Positions 38,468-51,388 of a stretch of DNA of 64,000 nucleotides are shown here, one piece after another (positions within the stretch are counted from its first letter, which is position 1; each line of letters begins with the position of its first letter). This DNA is from Okamejei kenojei (lineage: Eukaryota). The notes beneath the pieces are model-generated. The model did no database searches. It saw nothing but the letters and a program-made list of their open reading frames with translations, and was not told the origin of the DNA. Position numbers and translations under genes: made by a program. The DNA lies in assembly GCA_035221665.1 (NCBI GenBank), contig CM069154.1, forward strand, positions 5,580,001 through 5,644,000, given 5' to 3'.

Positions 38468-39860
38468 ACTTATTTTATGGTCAGTATTGCAAGTGGCAAT
38501 ATAAACTGGAAGGTACAAAAACAAAGCTTCTGCAGAATGTTTAATAGCCAAGGTCCTTGAAAGTTCCTGAGCAGATTGGGAAATTGATTGAAAAAAATGT
38601 TTATGAAACATGTAAGAGCCAAAAAACTGCTCAAGGCACTCCATGGGTTAAGCAGAGTCTACAAGCAGAAATACATTGTCAACATTTTGGGTCTCGACTG
38701 CACCAGGATACCTTCTTGCTTCAGATTCCAGAATCTACAGTCTTGTGTACCTCCATTTATAAAATATGAGTTTGGTCACAATTGTGGGCACCACTTTAGG
38801 AAGGTTGTGAAATTGTTAGAGAGGTATAGAAGGGATTTAGAAAAAGTAACTTAGGAATGAAGAACTTTAGTCTGGTGGATTATTGATCAGCGAACAGCGA
38901 ACAATTGATCTCCTGAGAACAGAGAAGGTTGCAAAGTGATCTGATGGAGATGTTTAAAATCAAGGAAAAATACAAATTCCAAATGGTAGGCACAGTGGCA
39001 TAGCGGTAGAGTTGCTGCCTTACAGCTACAGAGACCCAGGTTTGATCCTGGCAATGGGTGCTGTCTGCACTGAGTTTGTATGTTGTCCCTCTGACCACGT
39101 TGGTTTCCTCCCATATTCCAAAGACGTGCAGGTTTGTAGGTTTTAATGTAACCCCAAAGACCATATCTTTATATTGTTAGTTGGTTACATGGTTAAATCG
39201 TTGGTTATATGGTTAACTATGTTACAGGTGACAATAAACTAAACTAACATACTAGGTTAGTTGGCTTCTGTAAATTGGCTCTAGTGTGTAAGATAGACCT
39301 AGTGTAGGGGTGGTTGTTGGTCGGCGCTGACTCGATGGGCCAAAGGGCCTGTTTCTGCGCTGTATCTCTAAACGTAAAAGTCCAAGTAGAACTGAAACTG
39401 ACACAAAAATTAGTTTCTAGCTTAGCATAGATTCTAATAAATATATAAGGTTTGTGTACAACACATGGCCTGGAGAGAATGAATGTGAAGAGGATGTTTC
39501 CACTTGAAGATTTAGGACCAGAGGCAACAGCCCCCGAATAAAAGGACATACATTTAGAAAGGAGATGAGGAGGAATTTCTTTAGTCAGAGGTTGGTGAAT
39601 CTGTGGAATTCATTGCCACAGATGGTTGTGAAGGCCAAACCAATGAATATTTTTAATGCGGAAATTGATAGATTCTTGATTAGTACGGATGCCAGAAGTT
39701 ATGGGAAGAAGGGAGGAGAAAAAGGTTGAGAGGGAAAGATAGGTCAGCCATGATTGAATGGTGGAGTAGGCTGGATGGGCCGAATGGACTAATTCTGCTC
39801 CTATCACTTATGAACTTATGAACATGAGTTTAAATATGTTCCTATGTGGTCCTTTTCTAG

Positions 39861-39907
39861 AATCGAAAGACAAGAGATCTCACAGAGAAGATAACAATGA
39901 AACCCAG
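39861..39907 (+). other. 47-nt exon-like segment with strong splice sites
   Basis: gtccttttctag|...CAG|gtaagg in non-repeat sequence. Confidence 0.45.
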
Positions 39908-41184
39908 GTAAGGATGTGAAGTGTGAATTGTCTGAATGTTTGAGAATATAGAAACTAATATTATGTAGCATAACACAGGCCATTCAGCCCCACTAGTCCA
40001 CTCCAGCGTTAATACTAAACGCCAATCTCTATGCATCCTTCTTCATTAAACCCCATCAACATCAATAAGGGTGGCACTCGGGGTGGGACAGCTTGTAGAG
40101 CTGCTGCCTCACAGCGCCAGAGACCCAGGTTCGATCCTGACCGCGTGGAGTTTGTACATTCTCCCTGCGACCACGTGAGTTTCCTCCAGGTGCTCCGGTT
40201 TCCATCCACATCTCAAAGACGTGTGGGTTTGTAGGTTAGTTGGCTTCTGCAAATTGTCCCTTGCTTTTCGAGAGTGGATAAGAAAATGGGATAACATAAC
40301 ATAATTCTTTATGGCTCTAAATCACTGAAGTCCGATTAAAGACATCTCAAAGTTTTCCAATGAGGTAGATGAGAGGTCAGGACAGCAGTGAAGCTGATGT
40401 GTGGGACATCTTTTACCCAGGGGATAAAATTCTCCTAAATTACATCAACAATGCTCAGAATTATCTGTCCCTTGTGACAACACATCCTCAGTAAATGCCC
40501 CTCTGATCCCTCGGGGTGACATGGTGGGACACAACGGTAGCATTACGGCCTTACAGCGCCAGAGACCCAGGTTCGATCCTGACTATGGGTTCTGTCCTGT
40601 ACTAAATTTGTACATTCTCCCCGTGACCACGTGGATTTTCTCCAAGATCTTCGGTTTGCTACGACACTCCAAAGACGTACAGGTTTGTAAGTTAATTGGC
40701 TTGGTAAATTGGATAATTGGCTTGGGAACACGTGGTATCCACGAGGACATGGGGGGCCTTCTGTGAACGCTGGTCGCCGCGGGAGATAGAGTGTTTTGTT
40801 GGCAAAGATGGCGATATACTAATTTGATGATCGTTTGTTTGTAAATTGTCAACATAGGCAGTCTTTGATTGTGTTAATACTCTGTATGTTTATTTTTATT
40901 TTTTGAATAAAAGTATTTACATAATAATTAAAGAAACACTTTGGACAGCACTCAGGGCTGAGCTGAGGCCACAAAGTAACTCAACGCGTTAGGCAAAAGA
41001 TTCTGTACTCTTAAAATTTCACCTTTAAATGTCCTCCATTTCTCTTCTCCATCCTTCCCATAAAACAAAATGTCCCAATTCACTCCTTTTAAATCCTTTC
41101 TTAAGCAGAGCTGTGCAAAGATACAAAATAGGAACAATATCACAAGATCCACTGGGATCATATTTGCTTTAAAAACAGAAAACT

Positions 41185-41224
41185 ATGGACCTTGAATTTC
41201 TTTATTTCATGATCTCCTTCTCGG
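41185..41224 (+). CDS. Leader-like exon of another receptor paralogue (no downstream V exon found)
   Basis: 40 nt, MDLEFLYFMISFS(G), phase-1 consensus donor G|gtaagt. Length and phase are typical of CD300-family leaders. Confidence 0.5.
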
Positions 41225-41352
41225 GTAAGTGCCTGCAATTGGTCTTGGCTGCATATTGGTACATGCTGATAGATAGATTAGGTTTTAGTGGAACTAAGGA
41301 CGATTGGGAGAGGTTGACTTGCCTAATGATAAGATTGTTCACATCAACAGTT

Positions 41353-41620
41353 GGGCGGCACGGTGGCGCAGCGGTAGAGTGGCTGCCTTACAGCGCCAGA
41401 GATCCGGGTTCAATCCTGACTATGGGTGCTGTCTGTATGGAGTTTGTACGTTCTCCTCGTGACTCCAGAGATGTACATATTTATGTTAATTGGCTTAGTA
41501 TAATGGTAAATTGTCCCTAGTGTGTGTAGGATAGTGCTCGTGTGCTTGAATCTCTGGTCGGCGTGGACTCCGTGCGCCGACGAGCCAGTTTCGGCGCTGT
41601 ACGTCTACACTAAACTAAAC
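41353..41620 (+). mobile_element. HE1/V-SINE-like SINE
   Basis: gggcggcacggtggcgcagcggtagag head, B box, (ctaaa) tail. Confidence 0.8.
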
Positions 41621-42454
41621 AACGTTCGCTTGTATGGATTGGAAATCATTCAGTCTCCATTATCCAACCTCTATATTCTGCAATGTATATTGTTCACAGA
41701 AGATCAAACATACCCAACTATGGGAACTGGTCGAATCTGAGGGGCCGACCCCTCTTTGTACTTGTGGGAGGTTGATGCTCACAAATCAGTCCTCTTGCCT
41801 CCTACATTACGACAGTGACTGCATTAAAAACCTCATGATTGTCTGCAAATTGTTTGGAAATTCTCTGATGATATTTCAAGTCATCCTTATTTCCTCTGCT
41901 TTGTGCAGCATCTGTTCTTGATAGATTGATTTGAATTTTCTTTCCAAATAATTAAAGCCATTTTAAGCATTTTAATTCCGAGCACACTTATCCGTTATCT
42001 ATACTTTTTAATTGGTTTCGGCTTCACTAACTGGGCTGGAAGCCAACCCAAAAATGTCGCTTATGCTTCTCCACAGATTCTGCCCAACCCGCTGAGTTAC
42101 TCCAGCACTTCATGTCCTGTTCTGAGCCTATCGTGTCAGTATAAGGATGGTTAGGTGATTGGGGAAAAATGTAATATGATATGAAGAATTGTGAAATTAT
42201 CTATCTTGACATGAAGCAAGGAAAAGCAGAATATTTTTTAAGAGCTGCCAGAATGGTTAAACTTTGGCATTCCTTGGAATCTCGCTGTCACGTTTGTGAA
42301 CCCGTTTCAATTATGTGAGGAGTTCAGGAAGTGAAAAAAACGTACTTAAAGCAATATACATATATCTCGGAATGAAGTAAAGACATAATATTTTAATGCA
42401 GCAAGAAATTATGATTTGCCAGTTTCACATTTAAACATTCAAATGAAACAGATG

Positions 42455-42765
42455 TCTCTTGCCGAGAGTAGGTGAATTGTGGACCAGAGGACATAAGGTT
42501 AAGGTGAAGGGGAAAAGATTTAATAGAAATTTGATGGGTAACTTTTTCACATGTAGGGTGGTGGACGTATGGAACAAGTTGCCAGAGGAGATAGTTGAGG
42601 CTGGAACTATCCCAACATTCCAGAAACAGTTAAACACGTACATGGATAAGACAAGTTTGGAGGGATATGGGCAAAACATGGGCAGTTGGGATTAGTGTAA
42701 CTGGGACATGTTGGCAAATTGGGCCGAAGGGCCTATTTTCATGCTGTATCACTCTATGACTCTAT
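42455..42765 (+). mobile_element. CR1 3' fragment
   Basis: TRGHKVKVKGKRFNRNLMGNFFTCRVVDVWNKLP and ctctatgactctatg tail. Confidence 0.8.
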
Positions 42766-44069
42766 GTAGGGTGAATTAGAATTTGATGAGAGAAACAATA
42801 GACAATAGGTGCAGGAGTAGGCCATTCGGCCCTTCGAGCCAGCACCGCCATTCAATGTGATCATGGCTGATCATCCACAATCAGTACCCCATTCCTGCCT
42901 TCTCCCTAGATCCCCTGACACCGCTATCCTTAAGAGCCCTATCTAGCTCTCTCTTGAAAGTATCCAGAGAACGTCTGTGGATATTTTTAAGGCAGAGATG
43001 GATGGATTCTTAATTAGTACAGGTGTCTTAGGTTATGGGGAGAAGGCAGGAAAGTGGGGTTAGGAGGGAGAGATGGATCAGCCATGATTGAATGGCGGAG
43101 TAGACTTGATGGGCCGAATGGCCTAATTCTACACTTATCACCTATGAACATTTTACACAGCAATTCAATTGGTAATAAAGTGAAAAGTTCACATTCTGGA
43201 GAGCCAGCTTTGAGTTCTAGTCTACGTACTGCTGTCTTTTGGGTGAATGTCAGGATGTACAGAAGTGTCTGCAAACATTGGTGCCTTTTTGAGGCAGTGA
43301 CTCCGATAAATAAAAAGTTTGGAGCTGAGTTCCAGAGGTCACCCCTCACCCTGCCACTATGTCCTACAGTGGTATAGGACAGGCAGCACACCTTCCCCAC
43401 TGACGATCAAGGAGCCTCTGTGTGGAGATAGATGAACAGATCAATCCAGGTCATGTTCATAAGTTATTAGAGCAGCATTAGGACATTCGGCCCATCAAGT
43501 CCACTCCGCCATTCAATCAATCATGGCTGATCTATCTTTTTCTCTCGACCCCATTCTCCTGCCTTCTCCCCATAATCCCTGACACCCGGACTAATCAAGC
43601 ATTTATCAATCTCCGCCTTAGAAATACCCATTGGCCTCCCCATCCTTCGATTGCAATGATTTCCACTTGATTCACCACCCTCTGACTAAAGAAATTCCTT
43701 CTCATCTCCTTTCTCAAACTTTTATTCTGAGCCTAGGGCACAGATTCATCACCCTCTCTCTCAAGGGTGTCTTGGGTGACTTACACAGGCTAACTGAGCC
43801 ACACCAAGGGCCAGCGTAGACATCCAGCAAAAGGTCAGTCTGTGGCAGGGTGTGGTGGAGATGCCCCTCAAAATAAGGGAAGGTATTCCACGCCAGTGGG
43901 CCACATGAGTGGCGAGGGTGTGGGGTAAATTTGTGTAATTTGTGTAAACAGTATTGAATGTATGTTTCGCCTCCGAGAATGTCGGATGGAGTTTTGTAAG
44001 GATCATGTATTGTATATATTTATTTCTCGAATAAAGTATTTTTTGAAATTTAAAAAAAAACGGAGTTGT

Positions 44070-44645
44070 TGGTTCAACTCCCACTCCTGAAGCCCGAGGA
44101 CTGATGGAGTGCGGTACTGAGGGAGTTCACCACTGCTGGAGGTGAAGTCACTTTGCCGAGGCATTTAGCTGATCTGCTGTCTGCTCTGTCCCAAGTCACT
44201 GAGAAAGGTCACCTGGAGATAGTTCGTGCCAGAATAGTGGAGAGTCTCCTTGTTCTGGGGGCAAGAGTTATCCGTACAAACCAAGATCAACAAGGCAAGC
44301 TGTAGGTAGTTATCTCCCTTCTCTACAGGGAGCTAGCTGTGTGCAATTTGGCTGCACATAGCACGACGACAATCGTTGATGGAAGTCTCCACTGAAACTC
44401 GAGTGTTGAGCAATTTATCATTAGCACCTCACCCAGAACAGTGAGGCGCGTGGCTAAACATAATTCAAGGTGCTTAGTAAATAATTCTAAAGAACAGAGC
44501 ATTTTATAATGGATCACACCAGAATAGTGGAGGATCTCCTTGTTCTGGGGCAAGAGGTATCCCATCAACCAAGGACACCAAAGTAATCTGTAGGATAGTT
44601 GTTGTTTTTTAAAGGGAGCTTGTTGTGTCCAAATTAGATGCACAC
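44070..44645 (+). mobile_element. Degenerate Deu-domain SINE copies (SacSINE1-like), partly tandemly repeated
   Basis: ggttcaactcccactcc...gtgcggtactgagggag...ctggaggtg matches the recalled DeuSINE head and core. Confidence 0.55.
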
Positions 44646-45108
44646 AGGACTGCAAGGGCGGAAATGTAGAAACAAGGAACTGCAGATACTGGTTTATACC
44701 AAAGATAGGCACAAAGTGCTGGAGTATCTCAGCGGGTCAAGCAGCTTCTCTGGAGAAAAAGGATGGGTAACATTTCGGGATGGGACCCTTCAGAGTGGTC
44801 CTGACCTCCCAACTACACCATTCGAGACCTTGGAACTATCTTTAATCGGATTTCACTAGACTGTATCTTGCACTGAACATTACGGAGGGAGAGCTGTACT
44901 GAGGGAGCTCCGCATTGGAAACATAGAAGCATAGAAATTAGGCGTTGGAGTAGGCCATTCGGCCCTTCGAACCAGCACCACCATTCAATATGATCATGGC
45001 TGATCAACCTAAATCAGTATCCAGTTCCTGCTTTCTCCCCATATCCCTTGATTCCGTTTGTCCTAAGCGCTGTGTCTAAAGTTGCTGGAGGTGCTGTCAC
45101 TCTGATGA

Positions 45109-48100
45109 TGAATATTTTTTATTAGTTGTAAATACATATTAATAAAAAATACTTCTTACATACATTCATAATATTATTAGTATTAATATTAACATTTAAG
45201 GCTTTATATTTCTATACATTTTTTTTAAATTTTTTTATAAAGTAAGAAAAGATAGAGAAAAATAATATAGAAAATAAGGAAGTGAATGGAGTATTAAAAA
45301 GTTATCCATCGTTGGAGATATATCCATGATTTATTATACGTAATTCTTCATCCATTCTATTATTCAGGCCTCAGTCAGGCTCTCGCACTGAGCCATTTTG
45401 ACCCTGTAGATATTCAATATATGGAGACCATATCCCTCTGAAAAGATCCAACCTGTCCATTAGGACAAGCCTCAATCTTTCCAGATGGAGTGTTTCCGAC
45501 ATTTCTGTATTCCACATTTTGATTGTGGGGGATGTAGGACCTTTCCAGAATTTTAATATTAATTTTTTTCCCAATTATTAAACTATAATCAATAAAAATT
45601 CTTTGATTTGTTGTTATTAATTGATCTGTTTCCAGTATTCCCAGTATTATTAACTTTGAGTCAAATATCAGGTTCATATTAACCACATTCGAAATTATCC
45701 TAAACATTTCTATCCAAAATTTTGTAATTTTTACACAATTTGTAAATGAGTGTGTCAGATTGGTTTTTAACCATATAACCATATAACCATATAACAATTA
45801 CTGCACGGAGACAGGCCCTCTCGGCCCTTCCAGTCCGTGCCGACCATTTGTTTTCCCCTAGTCCCATCTACCTGCACTCAGACCATACCCCTCCATTCCC
45901 TTCACGTCCATATACCTATCCACTTTACTTTTAAATGTTAAAATCGATCCTGCCTCCACCACCTCTGCTGGAAGCTCATTCCACACAGCCACCACCCTCT
46001 GAGTAAAGAAGTTTCCCCTCACGTTACCCCTAAACTTCTGTCCCTTAATTCTCATGTCATGCCCTCTTGTTTGAATCTTCCCTACCCTCAATGGGAAAAG
46101 CTTATCCACGTCAACTCTGTCTATCCCTTTCATCATTTTAAAGACCTCAATCAAGTCCCCCCTTAACCTTCTGCGCTCCAAAGAATAAAGACCTAACTTG
46201 TTCAACCTTTCTCTGTAACATAGTTGCTGGAACCCTGGCAACATTCTAGTAAATCTCCTCTGTACTCTCTCTATTTTGTTGACATCCTTCCTATAACTAG
46301 GCAACCAAAATTGTACACCATACTCCAGAATTGGTCTTACCAATGCCTTGTACAATTTTAACATTACTTCCCTACCCCTATATTCAATGCTCTGATTTAT
46401 AAAGGCCAGCACACCAAAGGCTTTCTTTACCACCCTATCTACATGCGATTCCACCTTCAGGGAACTATGCACAGTTATTCCTAGATCCCTCTGTTCCACA
46501 GCATTCCTCAATTCCCTACCATTTACCATGTACGTCCTATTTTGATTTGTCCTGCCAAGATGTAGCACTTCACACTTATCAGCATTAAACTCCATCTGCC
46601 ATCTTTCAGCCCACTTTTCCAAATGGCCCAAATCTCTCTGTAGACTTTGAGAATCTACTTCATTATCCACAATACCACCTATCTTAGTATCATCTGCATA
46701 CTTACTTATCCAATTTTCCACCCCATCATCCAGATCATTGATGTACATGACAAACAACAGTGGACCCAACAGTGTTCTAAGTGTTGACATTTGTCACATA
46801 TGGCAGATACATTTGGAAACATGTTATGTAGTTTGGATTTTGAGTAATGTAGTCTATGTAATATTTTAAACAGTATAAGAGAGTGTATATTAACGAACAG
46901 TGGTGTATGTGTTGTAAACTTTCATCCCATACTTCTGGTCTGATAATTTGACCTAATTCGTTTTCCCATGATTGTCTATATATTTCTGTTAATGGGACAT
47001 CATTTTCCAATAGGATATTATATGGTATGATATCATTTTTTCTGTGTTCGGGTGTTTATTTAGACATTCATCTAAAATTTTTGTCTTTCTATTTCTAAAT
47101 TCCTGTGTGTTTGCTATTACATAGTCTCTGATTTGTAAGTATCTAAAATAATCTTTGGAATGTAATCCATAAATTTGTTGTAAATCTTGAAATGAAAGGA
47201 TTTCATTTCCCTGTAGAGATCGCCCATCTTATTAATTCCCTTATTTTTCCATTGTAAAAAGCCTTTATCCATCATTGAAGATTTAAATGTAACATTATTT
47301 ACAATGGTAAGGGCTAGTGGTATAGATTTCAATTTTAATGTTTTCTTTATTTGTTTCCAAATACGTATTCCACTTTCTATTATAGGGTTTTCACTATAGG
47401 TTTTCTTACCTAAATTAATATTGGCAAATATTATTGAACTGATTTCGAAAGGAGAACAATCTTCTTTTTCCATTTTTAACTAAATTGGTTGGTTATCTGT
47501 CTCTACTAACCAAAAATTCATATTTTTAATATTAACTGCCCAGTAATAAAACATAAAGTTTGGTAGTGCCAAACCTCCATTTTTAATTTACATAAATGTT
47601 TTTTATTTATTCTATGGCTCTTATAATCCCAAATAAAGTTAGTAACTAGAGAGTCCACCTTCCTAAAAAAATTTTTAGGAAGATATATCGGAATTAATTG
47701 GAAAAGATATAGTAATTGCGGAAGAAAAATCATTTTTATTACATTAATTTTACCTAACATTGAAATGGGTAGGGTTTTCCAATATAAAATGTTCTCATTT
47801 AATTTATTCAATAATAGTGGGAAGTTGGATTTAAATAAAGAATCAAATCTTTTTGTTACATAAATTCCAAGATATTTAATTTTTTTGTTTGTTATCTTAA
47901 AAGGAAATTGTTGTAATATGTGTAGGTTATTTACCATTATTGGCATAAGTTCACTTTTATTCCAATTGATACTATATCCTGAAAAAGATCCGAATTCAGT
48001 TATTAATTTTAATACATTTTGGATACTAATTTCCGGTTTTGTGATATAAAGTAATACATCATCCGCATATAAGGAGATTTTATTTTTAGTATCTCTAGTA

Positions 48101-50351
48101 TCATACCCATATATTTCAGGATGAGATCTCATCCATCTGAGCTAATGGTTCTATTGCAAGTGCAAAGAGTAGTGGGGATAAAGGGCAACCTTGTCTACAG
48201 CCTCGAGATAAACTGAATTTAGTTGATAGCATTTGATTTGTTATTATTCTGACTGTTGGGTTAGTGTATAATAATTTGACCCAAGTAATGAACTTCTCTC
48301 CCAATTTAAAAGTTTCCATAACCGAAAACAAATAAGACCATTCCACCTGATCGAAGGCTTTCTCCGCATCTAACAAAATAACTACTAGATCTTTTTTAAT
48401 ACCTCTTTTCGAATATATAATATTGAATAAACGTCTCAGATTATATGAGGAATATCGTTTTGGTATAAATCCTGTTTGATCGGGATGAATTAATTCGTTA
48501 ATAACTGTGCTTAGCCTTTGTGCTAATATTTTAGTTAATATCTTTTGATCAGTATTTAAAAGAGCTATAGCTCTAAATGATCCTGGTTCATCCAGATCTT
48601 TGTTTATTTTAGGTATAAGTGTTATAATAGATTCATTTAACATTTCTGGTAGTTTCTGCTGTGTATATATATATTCATATAATGTTTTCAGGCGTGGTGA
48701 ATCTGATCATAAAATGTTTTATAAAATTCCGAGCCAATACCATCTGGTCCCGGTGTTTTACCATTTTTTAATGATCTAATAGATTCTTGGATTTCTTTTA
48801 CTGAAATTTCAGCATTTAATGATTCTCTATTTTGTGAATCCAACCCATTCAGATTACATTTTTTTTTAAATGCTTCTGTTCCTATCTTGTTTTCTGTTGT
48901 TTTAGCGGTGTATAAGTGTTTATAATATTGCAGAAATCTCTCATTAATATCTTTAGGTCGTATTAAAAGTTCGCCATTATGTGATTTAATGTACCGGTGA
49001 ATAAAAGGAGCATTCTCGTCCAGTTGGATTTTCTACTCTCCAAACATCTTTAATATTAGTAGTTTCCATATATGCATTTAATAAGTCACTGGAATGGGAT
49101 TTGATTTTCCTTTGTCTTGTAGATCTGTCTAAGTAAGGATCTAATGTACAATTTAAATCTCCTCCAATTATTAGGTTATATTGTGTTATTTCCGGGATAT
49201 TGTTAAATATTTTCTTGAAAAACAATGGACTATCAAAGTTTGGTCCATATACATTAACAAAAATCATTTTTTGTGCATTTAATTCTCCTATTACAATAAT
49301 GTATCTGCCATCGTTATCAGTTATAGTTGATGTATGTTTGAATAAAATGCCTTTACGAAATAATATTGCTACACCTCTTGATTTGTGTGTAAAAGAAGAA
49401 TGATACGTTTTATCTATCCATTTAGCTTTCAGCCTATGCTCAGCATCTTTTTTTAAATGAGTTTCTTGAATAAAAATTACATCAGCTTTAATTGCTTTGA
49501 AAATGTGCTAATACTTTACCTCTCTTAATTGGTTCATTAATACCTTTAAACGTTCCAGCTGCAAAACGTTATTCCTTTATTCCCCGTATTCATTTTTAAG
49601 TCTTGCATCTTTTGTCTATGGGGGTCTGTAATAGAGCCAATGGTTCAGCCCGACAGACCCGACCTTGCACCCGAACACCGAATAGATGAATTTTAAGTCC
49701 CTTGAATGCCTCTCACGTGTATATCTCCTTTGATCCAATATATAACTCCATTCAAACTGAAAAAAACAATAATAGTTTATAAAAGAAAAGAAGAGAGGAT
49801 AGATTAAGAGGTTAGTATAGTGCACAAAGGGGGAAAAAACTACATCTAGTATTATTGTAGTTAGTGCTAGCCATACTAGCATGGCTAACCATCTACCGAC
49901 TTCCGTAGTTGATGTTACTAACTTAACCAGCTCCCTGGTTTTTTTGAATTATTATTCCATAATGATGTTTTACCGGGGATATTAAATTAAAAAATATTTG
50001 GATTATAATAATCGAAAATGTGAGAATACATATATTTAAAACTTATTTGAAAATCTAATTATAAAAAAAAACACACGAAAAGAAAGGAAAACAAGAAATA
50101 AAAATGAAAATTACTGGTACAAAAGAAAAGTTTCCAAAGGGGACAAATGAAATCAGGCTCTATATTTGACTCTAATCATTCCAATATAAATGTACATTAG
50201 TAATATTCATTAGTAATAATGAATAATTCTAATTAATAAAAATGATACGGTATAATTTTAATATTTATTAGTTATTATATTAGTAGTAAAATTAGTGATT
50301 AATGAAAATACCACAGTATAATTTTAATATTTATTAGTTGTTTGTATTACT
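45109..50351 (-). mobile_element. 5'-truncated L1 (spacer plus ORF2, internal deletion near 48985), related to the L1 at 671-7382
   Basis: EN and RT peptides highly similar to the first L1. TSD ggtgctgtcactctg(a/t)tga at 45090-45108 and 50352-50370, within a DeuSINE-like fragment. Confidence 0.92.
45769..46775 (-). mobile_element. Young CR1 fragment nested in the L1, with an uninterrupted ~300-aa ORF
   Basis: LGPLLFVMYINDL, KYADDTK...; (ttatatgg)n tail; host L1 resumes on both sides. Confidence 0.92.
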
Positions 50352-51388
50352 GGTGCTGTCACTCTGTTGAGGCATTTAGCTGGCCTGCTGCTCTGCTCTC
50401 TCATGCCTGCTCTCTCTCTTCAGAGCGGCACGGTGGTGCAGCGGTTAGCTGCTGCCTCACAGCGCCAGAGACCCGGGTTCAATCCTTACTACGGGTGCTG
50501 TCTGTGTGCAGTTTGAACGTTCTCACTGTGACCTTGTGGGTTTCCTCCAGGTGCTCCGGCTTCCTCCCACATCCCTAACACATGCGAGTTTGTAGGTTAA
50601 ATACCTCTGCAAGATTGTCACAAATGTGTAGGGAATTGATGAGAAAGTGGGATAACAGAACTAGTGTGTACAGGTAGACAAAAATGCTGGAGAAACTCAG
50701 CGTTTTTTGTCTACCTTCGCTTTTCCAGCATCTGCAGTTCCTTCTTAAACACAGTGTGTACAGGTGATCAATGGTCGGCGTGGACTCGGTGGGTCAATGG
50801 GCCTGTTTCCATGCGGTATCTCTAAACCAAACTAATCTTTCTCATAGCCTACATGTTATCCTGGCCTGTTCCTACATCAAAATTAATTTAAAAACATCCA
50901 TTGACCTCCACATCCTCCGATCTGCAATAAGTAGCTATATGAACCATATTACCTGATACAGCACCCCAGGTATTGTATAAGCATTGTATAATCACTTGCA
51001 TTTTGGATAGAATTATGCCAAACAGCAGAACTGGTTTTGTTTAAAAGGCTCTTTATTAACAAACATATTTTATTGGTTAACCTAAGCTGCTCTTGTCATT
51101 AGAGGTGAGTAATTAGTGATCACTTGATATAATAACCAGATGGGTCTTTCAAAAGCATCGTGTTATAGGAAAGATGTTGTCTAGCTGGAAAGGGTAGAAG
51201 AAGATTTACGAGGATGTTGCCAGGATTACATGGTCTGAGCTATAGGGAGAGGTTGAGTAGGCTGGGTTTCTATTCATTGGAGCGCAGGAGGATGAGGGAT
51301 GATCTTATAGAGATGTATAAAATTACAAGAGGAATAGATCAGGTAGATGCACAGTGTCTCTTGCCCCGCGCAGGTGAATCGAGGACCT

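Larger units (their letters stand above)
32691..38470 (+). repeat. Segmental duplication copy 2
   Basis: Same as above; offset ~13.9-14.1 kb. Confidence 0.95.

Noticed and set aside
41353-41425. tRNA-like A/B boxes (many copies)
   Set aside because: These are SINE heads continuing into the SINE body, not tRNA genes.
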